DNA of 64,000 bases, from contig NSIC01000001.1 of the NCBI GenBank assembly GCA_002737635.1, forward strand, positions 16,891 to 80,890. The letters are read 5' to 3'. Shown piece by piece: positions 38,877 through 47,439 of this stretch. The position numbers were made by a program, and so were the translations under genes. The notes under the pieces were generated by a model that was not told the DNA's origin, did no database searches, and saw only the letters and a list, made by a program, of their open reading frames with translations. Position 1 is the first letter of the stretch; the number at the start of each line of letters is the position of its first letter. This stretch comes from Acidimicrobium sp. (lineage in GTDB: Bacteria; Actinomycetota; Acidimicrobiia; Acidimicrobiales; Ilumatobacteraceae).

Positions 38877-39503
38877 ATGCCCGACTTTAACTCGTTAGTT
38901 TCGTTCGCGATCGCATCAGTTGCCTTGCTCGTGATACCTGGGCCAGCAGTTATCTACATCGTCAATCGCAGCGTGGCCAACGGTCGATCAATCGGTCTCG
39001 CCTCTGTGCTCGGTCTTGAACTCGGCACTTTTATGCATGTCTTGGCAGCGACCGTCGGCCTCTCAGCAATTTTGGCAACTTCAGAGAGCGCCTTCAACAT
39101 CGTCAAATATCTTGGTGCTTCGTATCTAGTGCTTGTTGGCTTGCGCACAATTTCGCGTCAGCCTCAAACGATGAGTACATCAGCAAGTTCAATGACAAAA
39201 GTGCAGGCATTTCGGCAGGGTTTCATTATCAACACACTCAACCCAAAAGTTGCCTTGTTTTTTCTTTCGTTTCTGCCACAATTCATCGACCCAGACAAAT
39301 CATCAAACGCTCTGCAGTCTTTGATGCTCGGCGCAGTGTTCGTGGCTTGTGGTTTTATTACAGACGGCGTTTACACGCTGACCGCCAGTTCATTGCGTGA
39401 AACTTTGGTCAAAGGCAAGGCCCTGCCATTTATTCAGCGATATGTTGCCGGCGTCGTATTCGTGCTGCTCGGCATCGTGGCTGGGTCAGCAAAAATCTCT
39501 TGA
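38877..39503 (+). CDS. LysE/RhtB-family amino-acid exporter
   Basis: 208 aa with six TM helices. N-terminus ...ALLVIPGPAVIYIVNRS..., mid-protein NPKVALFFLSFLPQF. Confidence 0.8.
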   Translation: MPDFNSLVSFAIASVALLVIPGPAVIYIVNRSVANGRSIGLASVLGLELGTFMHVLAATVGLSAILATSESAFNIVKYLGASYLVLVGLRTISRQPQTMSTSASSMTKVQAFRQGFIINTLNPKVALFFLSFLPQFIDPDKSSNALQSLMLGAVFVACGFITDGVYTLTASSLRETLVKGKALPFIQRYVAGVVFVLLGIVAGSAKIS

Positions 39504-42500
39504 ACTAACGCCGCGCGTCGCAATTTTTAGTTCGCTCAGATGCTCGGCGATGATGTTGACAACCCCTTGCGAAGATTCGATTCTGCCGCGCACAAGCAGC
39601 GCCGAAGCGTTGATTGCAGCATGGCGAAATCTTTTAAAACAGCCTTGCGAAACTATGACGTTGATCAAACCTGTTTCGTCTTCAAGGCTAAAAAATGTGA
39701 CGCCCCGCGAAGTAGACGGGCGTTGACGATGAGTGATCACACCGCCGACGAATATTTTTGAGCCGTTCTCAACTTTTGCCAGATCGTTGGCAGTGATGAC
39801 ACCGAGTTGGCTCAACTGGCCGCGCACAAACTGAGTGGGGTGACCGTCAATAGAAATGCCGGTTGACCAAAGATCGCAAATTGATTTTTCGATCGGTTGC
39901 ATGCCCGGCAATTGTGGTGAATCACTGCCGGTTGTCACGCCAGCCAAGCGCTCGGGTCGACTTTGAATAACAGCGCCTGCCGACCAGAGTGCATCTCTGC
40001 GCGATATTTCAAAACATTGCGAATAAGCACCGGCTGTTGCCAAAGTTTCGATTTGCGACAAACCGAGTTGAGGCACGCGACGAACGAGGTCTTCCATGCT
40101 TGCAAACGGTCGTGCGGCTTCGATGGTTTTCGCGAGTTCGTCACCGATGCCACGCACGCTAGAAATGCCGAGGCGTAACGCAAAGCCGCCGGCTGAGTTG
40201 TCGCACGGCTCTAAAGTTGCCGTGGCTTTTGAGGCGTTTAAATCTGGGCCCAACACGACCACACCATGTCGTTGTGCATCTTGCACCAGAGAATGTGGCG
40301 ACCAGAAACCCATCGGCTGGGCATTTAACAATGCAGCATAAAACGCCGTCGGCTCGTGAAACTTAATATACGAAGACGCATAGACGAGATAAGCAAAAGA
40401 AACCGAGTGGCTCTCTGGAAACCCGTAACTAGCGAACGCCTGCATCTTTTCAAAAATTTCGTCAGCGACCGCGCCAACGATTTTGTTTTGTGCCATGCCG
40501 TCGTAAAGTCGCTGACGAAGTCGTTGCATGCGAGCGTGCGAGCGTTTTGAACCCATGGCTTGGCGCAACTCATCGGCTTGGTTGGGTGTGAAGCCAGCGA
40601 TGTCGATCGCCATTTGCATCAACTGCTCTTGAAACAACGGCACGCCCAATGTTTTGCCCAAACTGTTTTCTAAAAGCGGATGTAGATACGTAACAGGTTC
40701 TTCACCGTTGCGCCGACGAATATATGGATGAACCGAGCCACCCTGAATTGGGCCGGGGCGAATCAACGCGACTTCGACAACCAAGTCATAAAACCTTCGG
40801 GGCTTGAGTCGCGGCAGTGTGGCCATTTGAGCGCGTGACTCAATTTGAAAAACACCCACGGTGTCGGCACGACACAACATTGCATAGACCTCGTCTTCTT
40901 GCGGAATCATCGCTAGATCAATCTGTTTGTCGCGAAACTCGGCGATCAGATCGACTGCGTTGTGCAGGGCCGAAAGCATGCCCAAACCCAAGAGATCGAA
41001 CTTAACGAGACCGATTGCCGCGCAATCGTCTTTGTCCCATTGCAAGACGCTGCGGTCTTTCATGCGACCCCACTCGACCGGGCAGACCTCGCTGACTGGT
41101 CGATCGCAAATCACCATACCCCCAGAGTGAATGCCCAAGTGCCGCGGGGCATCTAAAACTTGGCGTGCAAGATCTAAAACTTGAGCGGGTATTTCGTGTT
41201 GTGTGCTGTCAGGATTCGACAACGAGCCGTGCATGCCGACTTGCTTGCTCCAGGCGTCTTGCTGACCTGGGGCAAAACCCAATGCCCGAGCCATATCGCG
41301 AACAGCCGAACGCGAACGATATGTAATCACATTGGCGACTTGTGCCGCATGATGACGGTCATAGCGATTGAAAACATATTGAATTACTTCTTCGCGGCGA
41401 CCACTTTCGATGTCGATATCGATGTCTGGCGGCCCGTCGCGTTCTGTCGACAAGAAACGCTCGAACAACAAACCCAACGAAACAGCGTCAGCCTTGGTGA
41501 TGTCTAACGCAAAGCAAACTGCACTATTGGCTGCACTACCCCGACCTTGACAATAAATATTTGAACGCTGACAAAACTGCACGATGTCGAAAACGACCAA
41601 GAAATAACCGGCAAAGCCAAGTTGCTCGATGATTTTAAGCTCGTGATCAATTGTCTTCCATGCTCGAGCGCGCAGCGAAAGATCTTCGAGGCTGTTTGCA
41701 GGTCGAGCACCATATCTACGAGTTGCGCCTTGCTCTGCCAAGCGACGTAAATACGAAATTTCGTCAAGACCGTCTGGGCAAACAAACGGCGGAAGTTTTG
41801 GCGCGACTAGTGACAAGTCGAACGCCGAAGACTTGGCGATTTGCGTTGTTAGTTCGACGACACCTGGGTAGCGACCAAATCGTCGAAGTTGTTCTTTGCC
41901 GCTGCGAATATAGGCACTTGGCGCCGGTGGCAAGTGAGCATCGATTTCATCGAGACTTGATCGTTGTCTGACCGCCGCGAGCGCAACCGCCAGACGATGC
42001 TCGCGCAACGATGCATAACTCACATCGTTGGTTGCAATGCACTGCAAGTCGTGTCGCATTGCTAATTGCACAAGAGCATCATTGCGAGTCGAGTCGAGTG
42101 GGTCGCCATGGTCGCACAGTTCAACCAACACTCGATGGCGACCGAACTCACTAACCAGTTTTTGTAATTGACGAGATGCCACTTGCGGGCCGTGTAGTTC
42201 GAGTGCTTGATTGACAATGCCAGTGCTCGCACCAGTGAGCACCCAGCAACTATCGGCCAGACCTTCGGCAATCTTGGCCGTGTCAAAAACTGGTGCAGAC
42301 TTTGAACCTGCCAATTGGCCGAGCGTTATTGCATGAGAAAGTCGCGAGTAACCAGATGGTCCATCGGCGATCAATACAATTTGCGCATCGCCATCACGGC
42401 TGTCGTGACTCGAACATGTGAGTTCGGCGCCAAACAAAGTTGGTAAACCAAATGCTCGTGCCGCTTGAGCAAACTTGACGACGCCATAAAGACCGTTGCG

Positions 42501-42623
42501 ATCTGTTAGAGCGAGCGCCGCCAGTTGATTGTGCACCGCGGCTTCAACAAGTTGCTCGGGATGTGAAGCCCCATATAAAAACGAAAAATTCGACCGACAA
42601 TGCAGTTCTGCATAATCACCCAT
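39486..42623 (-). CDS. dnaE2: Error-prone DNA polymerase DnaE2 (ImuC)
   Basis: PHP N-terminus YAELHCRSNFSFLYGASHPEQLV and pol III alpha core blocks; about 1045 aa. The track start (ATG 42644) lies inside the LexA operator palindrome. ATG 42623 (MGDYAELHC) sits 7 nt after a TACCCT -10-like hexamer. Confidence 0.95.
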   Translation of the reverse strand: MGDYAELHCRSNFSFLYGASHPEQLVEAAVHNQLAALALTDRNGLYGVVKFAQAARAFGLPTLFGAELTCSSHDSRDGDAQIVLIADGPSGYSRLSHAITLGQLAGSKSAPVFDTAKIAEGLADSCWVLTGASTGIVNQALELHGPQVASRQLQKLVSEFGRHRVLVELCDHGDPLDSTRNDALVQLAMRHDLQCIATNDVSYASLREHRLAVALAAVRQRSSLDEIDAHLPPAPSAYIRSGKEQLRRFGRYPGVVELTTQIAKSSAFDLSLVAPKLPPFVCPDGLDEISYLRRLAEQGATRRYGARPANSLEDLSLRARAWKTIDHELKIIEQLGFAGYFLVVFDIVQFCQRSNIYCQGRGSAANSAVCFALDITKADAVSLGLLFERFLSTERDGPPDIDIDIESGRREEVIQYVFNRYDRHHAAQVANVITYRSRSAVRDMARALGFAPGQQDAWSKQVGMHGSLSNPDSTQHEIPAQVLDLARQVLDAPRHLGIHSGGMVICDRPVSEVCPVEWGRMKDRSVLQWDKDDCAAIGLVKFDLLGLGMLSALHNAVDLIAEFRDKQIDLAMIPQEDEVYAMLCRADTVGVFQIESRAQMATLPRLKPRRFYDLVVEVALIRPGPIQGGSVHPYIRRRNGEEPVTYLHPLLENSLGKTLGVPLFQEQLMQMAIDIAGFTPNQADELRQAMGSKRSHARMQRLRQRLYDGMAQNKIVGAVADEIFEKMQAFASYGFPESHSVSFAYLVYASSYIKFHEPTAFYAALLNAQPMGFWSPHSLVQDAQRHGVVVLGPDLNASKATATLEPCDNSAGGFALRLGISSVRGIGDELAKTIEAARPFASMEDLVRRVPQLGLSQIETLATAGAYSQCFEISRRDALWSAGAVIQSRPERLAGVTTGSDSPQLPGMQPIEKSICDLWSTGISIDGHPTQFVRGQLSQLGVITANDLAKVENGSKIFVGGVITHRQRPSTSRGVTFFSLEDETGLINVIVSQGCFKRFRHAAINASALLVRGRIESSQGVVNIIAEHLSELKIATRGVSSRDFC

Positions 42624-42637
42624 TTGGCTAAGGGTAG

Positions 42638-42651
42638 CGAACATATGTTCG
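42638..42651 (-). promoter_or_regulatory. LexA (SOS) operator upstream of dnaE2
   Basis: CGAACATATGTTCG is a perfect palindrome matching the actinobacterial SOS box TCGAAC-N4-GTTCGA. On the minus strand it is followed by 1 nt, TACCCT, 7 nt, then ATG. The 18-mer GTAGCGAACATATGTTCG is identical to the site at 45572..45589. Confidence 0.85.
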
Positions 42652-42679
42652 CTCTAGTCATGACGTTTTACGTCTTGTT

Positions 42680-43255
42680 TTACGTCTTGCCCTGCAATGA
42701 TTCGGCAACGATTTGCTCAGCGACGCGAATTGCACCGCGAGCACCGTCTTCTGAAACCCGCAATGCATCCGCAAAACTAAACCACTTCACTTGTTGGCTC
42801 TCGCCTGCTGCCGGAGCAAAAGTTTGGTTCGTCGCCCACAGCAAAAATCGCACATCAAGATGCGTGTGACCGCGTGGTCCTGGGTGAACATCAAGATGAA
42901 TAAATTTCGGATTTTTTTTGTCTGCACCAAAATGTTGCAGATCTAGACCTGTTTCTTCTTGCGCCTCGCGCATCGCGGCATCGTGAATCGACTCACCAGA
43001 GTCGATATGCCCGCCAGGTTGCAGCCACATATTTAGTCGCTTGTGCAGATGCAAGACAACGCCGGGTTCGCCAACAACGATCGCCGAAGCGGTGACATGA
43101 GTCGGATCGCTGTGTTCGTCGAATGGGGCTCGAAGACTCGGCACGAGTTCGCAAAAAGTTTTTATTGATTCGCGCTCGCGATCATCAATCGGTTTGTGAT
43201 CTGCTAGTTGCAGACAAAAGTCTTTGACGAATTCAAGACCAGAATCAGAAATCAC
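42680..43255 (-). CDS. NUDIX hydrolase
   Basis: NUDIX box GGHIDSGESIHDAAMREAQEETGL. GTG 43255 was chosen (191 aa). The longest ORF (to 43480) would overlap the imuB 3' end by 175 nt. Confidence 0.8.
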   Translation of the reverse strand: MISDSGLEFVKDFCLQLADHKPIDDRERESIKTFCELVPSLRAPFDEHSDPTHVTASAIVVGEPGVVLHLHKRLNMWLQPGGHIDSGESIHDAAMREAQEETGLDLQHFGADKKNPKFIHLDVHPGPRGHTHLDVRFLLWATNQTFAPAAGESQQVKWFSFADALRVSEDGARGAIRVAEQIVAESLQGKT

Positions 43256-43305
43256 TAGCTGAACGATACTTGCTCGCCTGACTGATGAATTATTGAGATT
43301 GCGAA

Positions 43306-44913
43306 CTAGCCATAAATTGCCGCGATGCTCCATTCGCCGTGTTCGAGCGCAACCAATAGTGCCTGCACTTGTCGCGAATCGTCTGACAGAAATTTTTCGA
43401 TCACGACTTGCAGTCGAACTAGGCGTCGACTGCGAGCAGTGTCCCACCATTTTTCTTCTATCGGCCACGGGCCAGCCCAAGAAATGATTTTGTAGTTTTG
43501 TCGACTAATTATTATTTGTGCTGGCTCGGCGCTTAACTCATGGCGCGCACTGACACGCAGCAAGTTTTTATCTTTGTCGACGACTTGCACTAGCAGCGGT
43601 TCAGAATAGACAACACTCGGTGACGGAGTCGGCAACGAACCTCGCCACTTTGGCTTCACGACTGAAGCATTTAACTCGTTATGTCTAGATTGAAAATGAG
43701 AAGCAGAAACAAGTTGAAAGTTGTCTTGCAGATCTCGACCACCTTGCCATTTGACTAGTTGAACAGCAGTTGAGCCCAACAACTCGGTCAACCGACCAAT
43801 GGCTCTAGTAGCTGTCTCGTCGATCTGAGTGACGCCACCCCACAATTTGAGTTGGCGCGCTGTGTCTGTGCGCACTTCGTCGGCAATCAACTGCACGCGA
43901 ACTAGAGCGCTTTTGTGCGACCAACTTTCGATTTGCCACTTGGCGCTCTCGGCTATCGCCCGAGCGGTTAAACCTTGGGGTCGATACCACAAGCGTTCTG
44001 AATGTGCGCCTGTTTCTGATTCAAATTTAAGAATTAGACGAACACAAATTGCCCCGTGTTTGACGAAATAATCACTGAACTCTTCGGCCATTATCTGCAC
44101 GTTGTTGAGCAGAGTTTGTTGATCTGTGATTGGTTCTTCGAATGTTCGCGAACACAGGTGCTCTGGTGGTGGCGCAACTGCCGCCAACGGGTGCTGTTCG
44201 TCGCCGCGAGCAAGCCGATGCAACTCGACACCCAGTTCGCCGAATCGACCAGCCAACACCGACTCGCCAAGTTTGCAGACATCTTGCAGGGTGTTTAGCC
44301 CAAGTCGCTCGAGTAACGAGACCGTTTCACTGCTGATATTGGCGAACTCGCTTAAAACCCTGACAGATTGTTGCGCAAGCCAAACTTTTGTTTGATCTGG
44401 TTTGACGATGAACGGCGTTTTAGCTTTAGCTGTATTTTTAGCTGTGCTTTGCGCCGAAATATGCGCGGCGATGTGGGCCGCCAGACGACTGTCGGCAATG
44501 CCAATGCCAAATTGCGAATCAGCAACTATTGAACTGTGCAAAGCCTGAACAATTTTGTCAGCCATCGGCTCGTCACCACCAAAATATCGAGACGGGCCAC
44601 GGGTCGCAAAGACAATCACACCTGGTTCGCTGACTTCAATTAGCGGAACCAACTCATTGACCGTTCGCACGACGGTGTTAAACGCCCGACGGTCACGATC
44701 TGGTTGATGGGTAGCGATTTCAAGATCTGGACAAAGCCCTTGGGCATGGCGGCGACGCATGCCGACTTGAACGCCATAACTCATCGCCGCCACAGAGCGC
44801 GAGACAACTCGCTGCCCATGCACGACGACACACGGGCTGTTCGAAGTTTTCGCCGCCACAACTGCCGACCAGTCGAGGCAACGCAACACCGCTAAGCGTT
44901 TTGGTGCAAGCAA
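43306..44913 (-). CDS. imuB: ImuB, Y-family-polymerase-like mutasome subunit
   Basis: N-terminus LAVLRCLDWSAVVA (the ImuB-type 'PDWP'-like start) and a Y-family fold lacking obvious catalytic acidic triad conservation. It lies between imuA' and dnaE2. 535 aa. Confidence 0.85.
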   Translation of the reverse strand: MLAPKRLAVLRCLDWSAVVAAKTSNSPCVVVHGQRVVSRSVAAMSYGVQVGMRRRHAQGLCPDLEIATHQPDRDRRAFNTVVRTVNELVPLIEVSEPGVIVFATRGPSRYFGGDEPMADKIVQALHSSIVADSQFGIGIADSRLAAHIAAHISAQSTAKNTAKAKTPFIVKPDQTKVWLAQQSVRVLSEFANISSETVSLLERLGLNTLQDVCKLGESVLAGRFGELGVELHRLARGDEQHPLAAVAPPPEHLCSRTFEEPITDQQTLLNNVQIMAEEFSDYFVKHGAICVRLILKFESETGAHSERLWYRPQGLTARAIAESAKWQIESWSHKSALVRVQLIADEVRTDTARQLKLWGGVTQIDETATRAIGRLTELLGSTAVQLVKWQGGRDLQDNFQLVSASHFQSRHNELNASVVKPKWRGSLPTPSPSVVYSEPLLVQVVDKDKNLLRVSARHELSAEPAQIIISRQNYKIISWAGPWPIEEKWWDTARSRRLVRLQVVIEKFLSDDSRQVQALLVALEHGEWSIAAIYG

Positions 44914-44914
44914 T

Positions 44915-45562
44915 TTAGTAGTTACAAGTGACTAAATGTTCTTGCGCGCGCGCAACTCGACGACCGCTGACTTTGATCGCAACTTGGCGTTGCTGCAAGT
45001 AGCCGGCGCCGTTGTTGATGCCGCTCCAACTTTTTGTTGTGGTGTCTAAGACAACATCAGCGTGAAACGGGTGCGTGGTGTTTAAAAAATTTGGCTGAGA
45101 AAGCGTCGTAGTGTCGACGATGATCATCACCGAGCGCCGTGACTGCAATCGTGCCTGCACTCGCCTTGCGTCAGAAACCGAGAGCGATTCGGGCACTGCG
45201 ACTATCAATAAATCGAAGCCGTCAATTACGGCGGCCACGGTTGTCGACCAATCGCGAGACGACTCTGGTGGGTGTACAAAAACCATGCGCTCAAGTGCCA
45301 CACCATGTTCGACGGCGCACGAAATGCCGAGATGACTGACGCCAACAACCCCTAGCCATGAGCCTTGCTGTGATGCACGGGCGCAAAGTGAAAGCGCCAG
45401 CGATGCGGCGGCGTCACCACAGCAACGCACGATGCGTCCACGAACCAAACCTGCGTCGGGCAATAACCGACGAACTTGATCAGAGACGACGAAATTTTCG
45501 AGAACTTGTTTTTCAAAAAATGAATGTTTAGCAACGAGGGTTTTTGGCACCAATAACTTCAT
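44915..45562 (-). CDS. imuA': ImuA' (RecA/SulA-fold mutasome accessory protein)
   Basis: GLVRGRIVRCCGDAAASLALSLCARASQQGSWLGVVGVSHLGISCAVEHGVALERMVFV matches the ImuA' pattern. It lies 1 nt upstream of imuB, and an SOS box lies 14 nt upstream of its ATG. Confidence 0.7.
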   Translation of the reverse strand: MKLLVPKTLVAKHSFFEKQVLENFVVSDQVRRLLPDAGLVRGRIVRCCGDAAASLALSLCARASQQGSWLGVVGVSHLGISCAVEHGVALERMVFVHPPESSRDWSTTVAAVIDGFDLLIVAVPESLSVSDARRVQARLQSRRSVMIIVDTTTLSQPNFLNTTHPFHADVVLDTTTKSWSGINNGAGYLQQRQVAIKVSGRRVARAQEHLVTCNY

Positions 45563-45575
45563 GCTTGCACTGTAG

Positions 45576-45589
45576 CGAACATATGTTCG
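45576..45589 (-). promoter_or_regulatory. LexA (SOS) operator upstream of imuA'
   Basis: CGAACATATGTTCG. On the minus strand it is followed by 1 nt, TACAGT, 6 nt, then ATG 45562. The layout is the same as at dnaE2. Confidence 0.85.
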
Positions 45590-45616
45590 TAGTAACCAAA
45601 TCGCTGATTATTTAGA

Positions 45617-45667
45617 TTGAGCCTTGCTGCGCGCGGCTATGACTTTTGAGCCTTGCTGCGCGCGGCT
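45617..45667. repeat. 22-bp direct repeat (TTGAGCCTTGCTGCGCGCGGCT x2, 29-bp period)
   Basis: The copies lie at 45617..45638 and 45646..45667. The second copy encodes the last residues (SRAARSKAQKS*) of the minus-strand gene. The first copy lies just downstream of that gene's stop. Confidence 0.8.
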
Positions 45668-46140
45668 CTGCTGCGCTCTAGCAAATGGGCTGGGACGAGT
45701 TTTTCAGCGGCGCTTAATTCGGGCACTGAACCATCGGCGCTTGGCGCTGTTGTCGCAGCCGGGGCGACAACTTGAGCCATCAACTCTTCGACACTCGGCG
45801 GCTTCATGCCCGGTTTCCAATATTGATGCAGATCAGTCACGATTTGGGCCAAATCGCTGTCGCGCGAACCAGGCACAAGGTCAACAGTCACGATGTTGGC
45901 AAAAACATGCACACCAAGAACTGCACCACTATTAAATAGTCGTCGGGCCAACTCGGCTGCCGGGCGCGGGCCAATCGCTTGGCTGGCGCTGGTGAACTTT
46001 TCGTGACCCTGACCAGTGAGGGTGCGATTCAATTCGAAACGAATGCGACCAGCAACCCCTGCGGTTGTTTGCTTGACATCTACGGGCTGACCCACCCGAG
46101 GCAGGCTAGTCAAAACTTTCGCTTTCACCAAACACCACAT
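45637..46140 (-). CDS. Nfu/NifU-N-terminal-domain-like protein (tentative)
   Basis: IRFELNRTL...ELARRLFNSGAVLGVHVFANIVTVDL resembles the Nfu_N pattern (..LKF....LA.RLF...GV..V....FITV.K). The C-terminal ~60 aa are low-complexity. ATG 46140 was chosen to avoid overlap with the divergent acd start. Confidence 0.5.
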   Translation of the reverse strand: MWCLVKAKVLTSLPRVGQPVDVKQTTAGVAGRIRFELNRTLTGQGHEKFTSASQAIGPRPAAELARRLFNSGAVLGVHVFANIVTVDLVPGSRDSDLAQIVTDLHQYWKPGMKPPSVEELMAQVVAPAATTAPSADGSVPELSAAEKLVPAHLLERSRAARSKAQKS

Positions 46141-46161
46141 TGACGGATACGGTAGGTGTTT

Positions 46162-47439
46162 ATGGCCAGCGAACAAACTACAAACCTAACTATTGAGCAA
46201 TTCACGGCTGATGCCCACAAGTTTTTGGTGGCCAACGCCGAACCGCGCGAGTCGAAGAAGGCATTTATTTGGGGCGAAGGCTCTGACAATGTGTCGATGT
46301 TTGAAGAGCGGTCGAAACAGTCTGAAGACGAAATGGTGAGTCGCGCTAAGCAATGGCGTCAGCAAAAGTTTGATGCGGGCTTTGGGTGGATCTCGGGGCC
46401 CGAGCAATTTGGCGGCCGTGGCTTATCCAATGAATTCGAAAAGGCATACAGCAAAGCCGAGGGGCAATACAAAGTTACCAATCAATCAATTTTTCAAATC
46501 GGTCTCGGCATGGTTGCGCCGACAATTTTGGCGCATGCCAGCGACGAAGCTCGCGAAAAGTTTTTGCGGGCGATGTGGCGTGCCGACATCGTGGCGTGTC
46601 AGTTATTTTCAGAGCCGGGCGCTGGTAGCGATCTTGCATCACTGCAAGCAAAAGCCGAACGCGATGGTGACGAATGGGTTATCACGGGTCAAAAAGTTTG
46701 GACATCGGGCGCACAATACAGCGACATCGGCGAAGTCATCTGTCGAACCGACCCAAGTTTGCCAAAACACAAAGGCCTGACTGGTTTCATCGTCGATATG
46801 CACGCTGATGGTGTTGAGATTCGTCCGCTACGACAGATGACAGGTGGCGCAAGTTTCAACGAAGTATTTTTCAACGAAGTGCGCGTGCCCGATAGTTATC
46901 GGCTCGGCGAAGTTAACAACGGCTGGGGCGTGGCGTTAACGACGTTGATGAACGAGCGCGCTGCGATTGGCACGGCAAGCGGCGGCGAAACTTCGATGTT
47001 CACACGCATGCAAGCCATGGTGCAACATTTTGGTTTAACTGACGATCCGATTGTGCGCGAAAAAATGGCAGATCTATTTATTCGCACCAAAGTCGCCGGC
47101 TACAACAACCAACGCGCGATGGACAAAATTCGTGCGGGTCAAACACCTGGCCCCGAGATGTCTATTGCCAAGATGGCGTTGGTCGACAATCAAAAACGCA
47201 TGAACGATTTTCTTGCCCTCGTGCTTGGCAGCAAATTGCAAGCCGACACAGGCGAATGGGGCACCTACGCCTGGAGTCAGCTGCTGCTCGGTGCGCCCGG
47301 CATGCGAATCGCTGGCGGCTCAGACGAAGTGATGCGCAATATCGTTGGCGAGCGCGTGCTCGGTTTGCCAAAAGATGTCGGCATCGACTCGAAGTCGGCG
47401 TTTCGCGACCTCAAAGTCGGCACCCAAAAAGACAGCTAA
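46162..47439 (+). CDS. Acyl-CoA dehydrogenase
   Basis: About 425 aa. ACAD middle-domain block CQLFSEPGAGSDLASLQAKAERDGDEWVITGQKVWTSGA and the C-terminal helical domain ending ...GGSDEVMRNIVGERVLGLP. Confidence 0.9.
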   Translation: MASEQTTNLTIEQFTADAHKFLVANAEPRESKKAFIWGEGSDNVSMFEERSKQSEDEMVSRAKQWRQQKFDAGFGWISGPEQFGGRGLSNEFEKAYSKAEGQYKVTNQSIFQIGLGMVAPTILAHASDEAREKFLRAMWRADIVACQLFSEPGAGSDLASLQAKAERDGDEWVITGQKVWTSGAQYSDIGEVICRTDPSLPKHKGLTGFIVDMHADGVEIRPLRQMTGGASFNEVFFNEVRVPDSYRLGEVNNGWGVALTTLMNERAAIGTASGGETSMFTRMQAMVQHFGLTDDPIVREKMADLFIRTKVAGYNNQRAMDKIRAGQTPGPEMSIAKMALVDNQKRMNDFLALVLGSKLQADTGEWGTYAWSQLLLGAPGMRIAGGSDEVMRNIVGERVLGLPKDVGIDSKSAFRDLKVGTQKDS

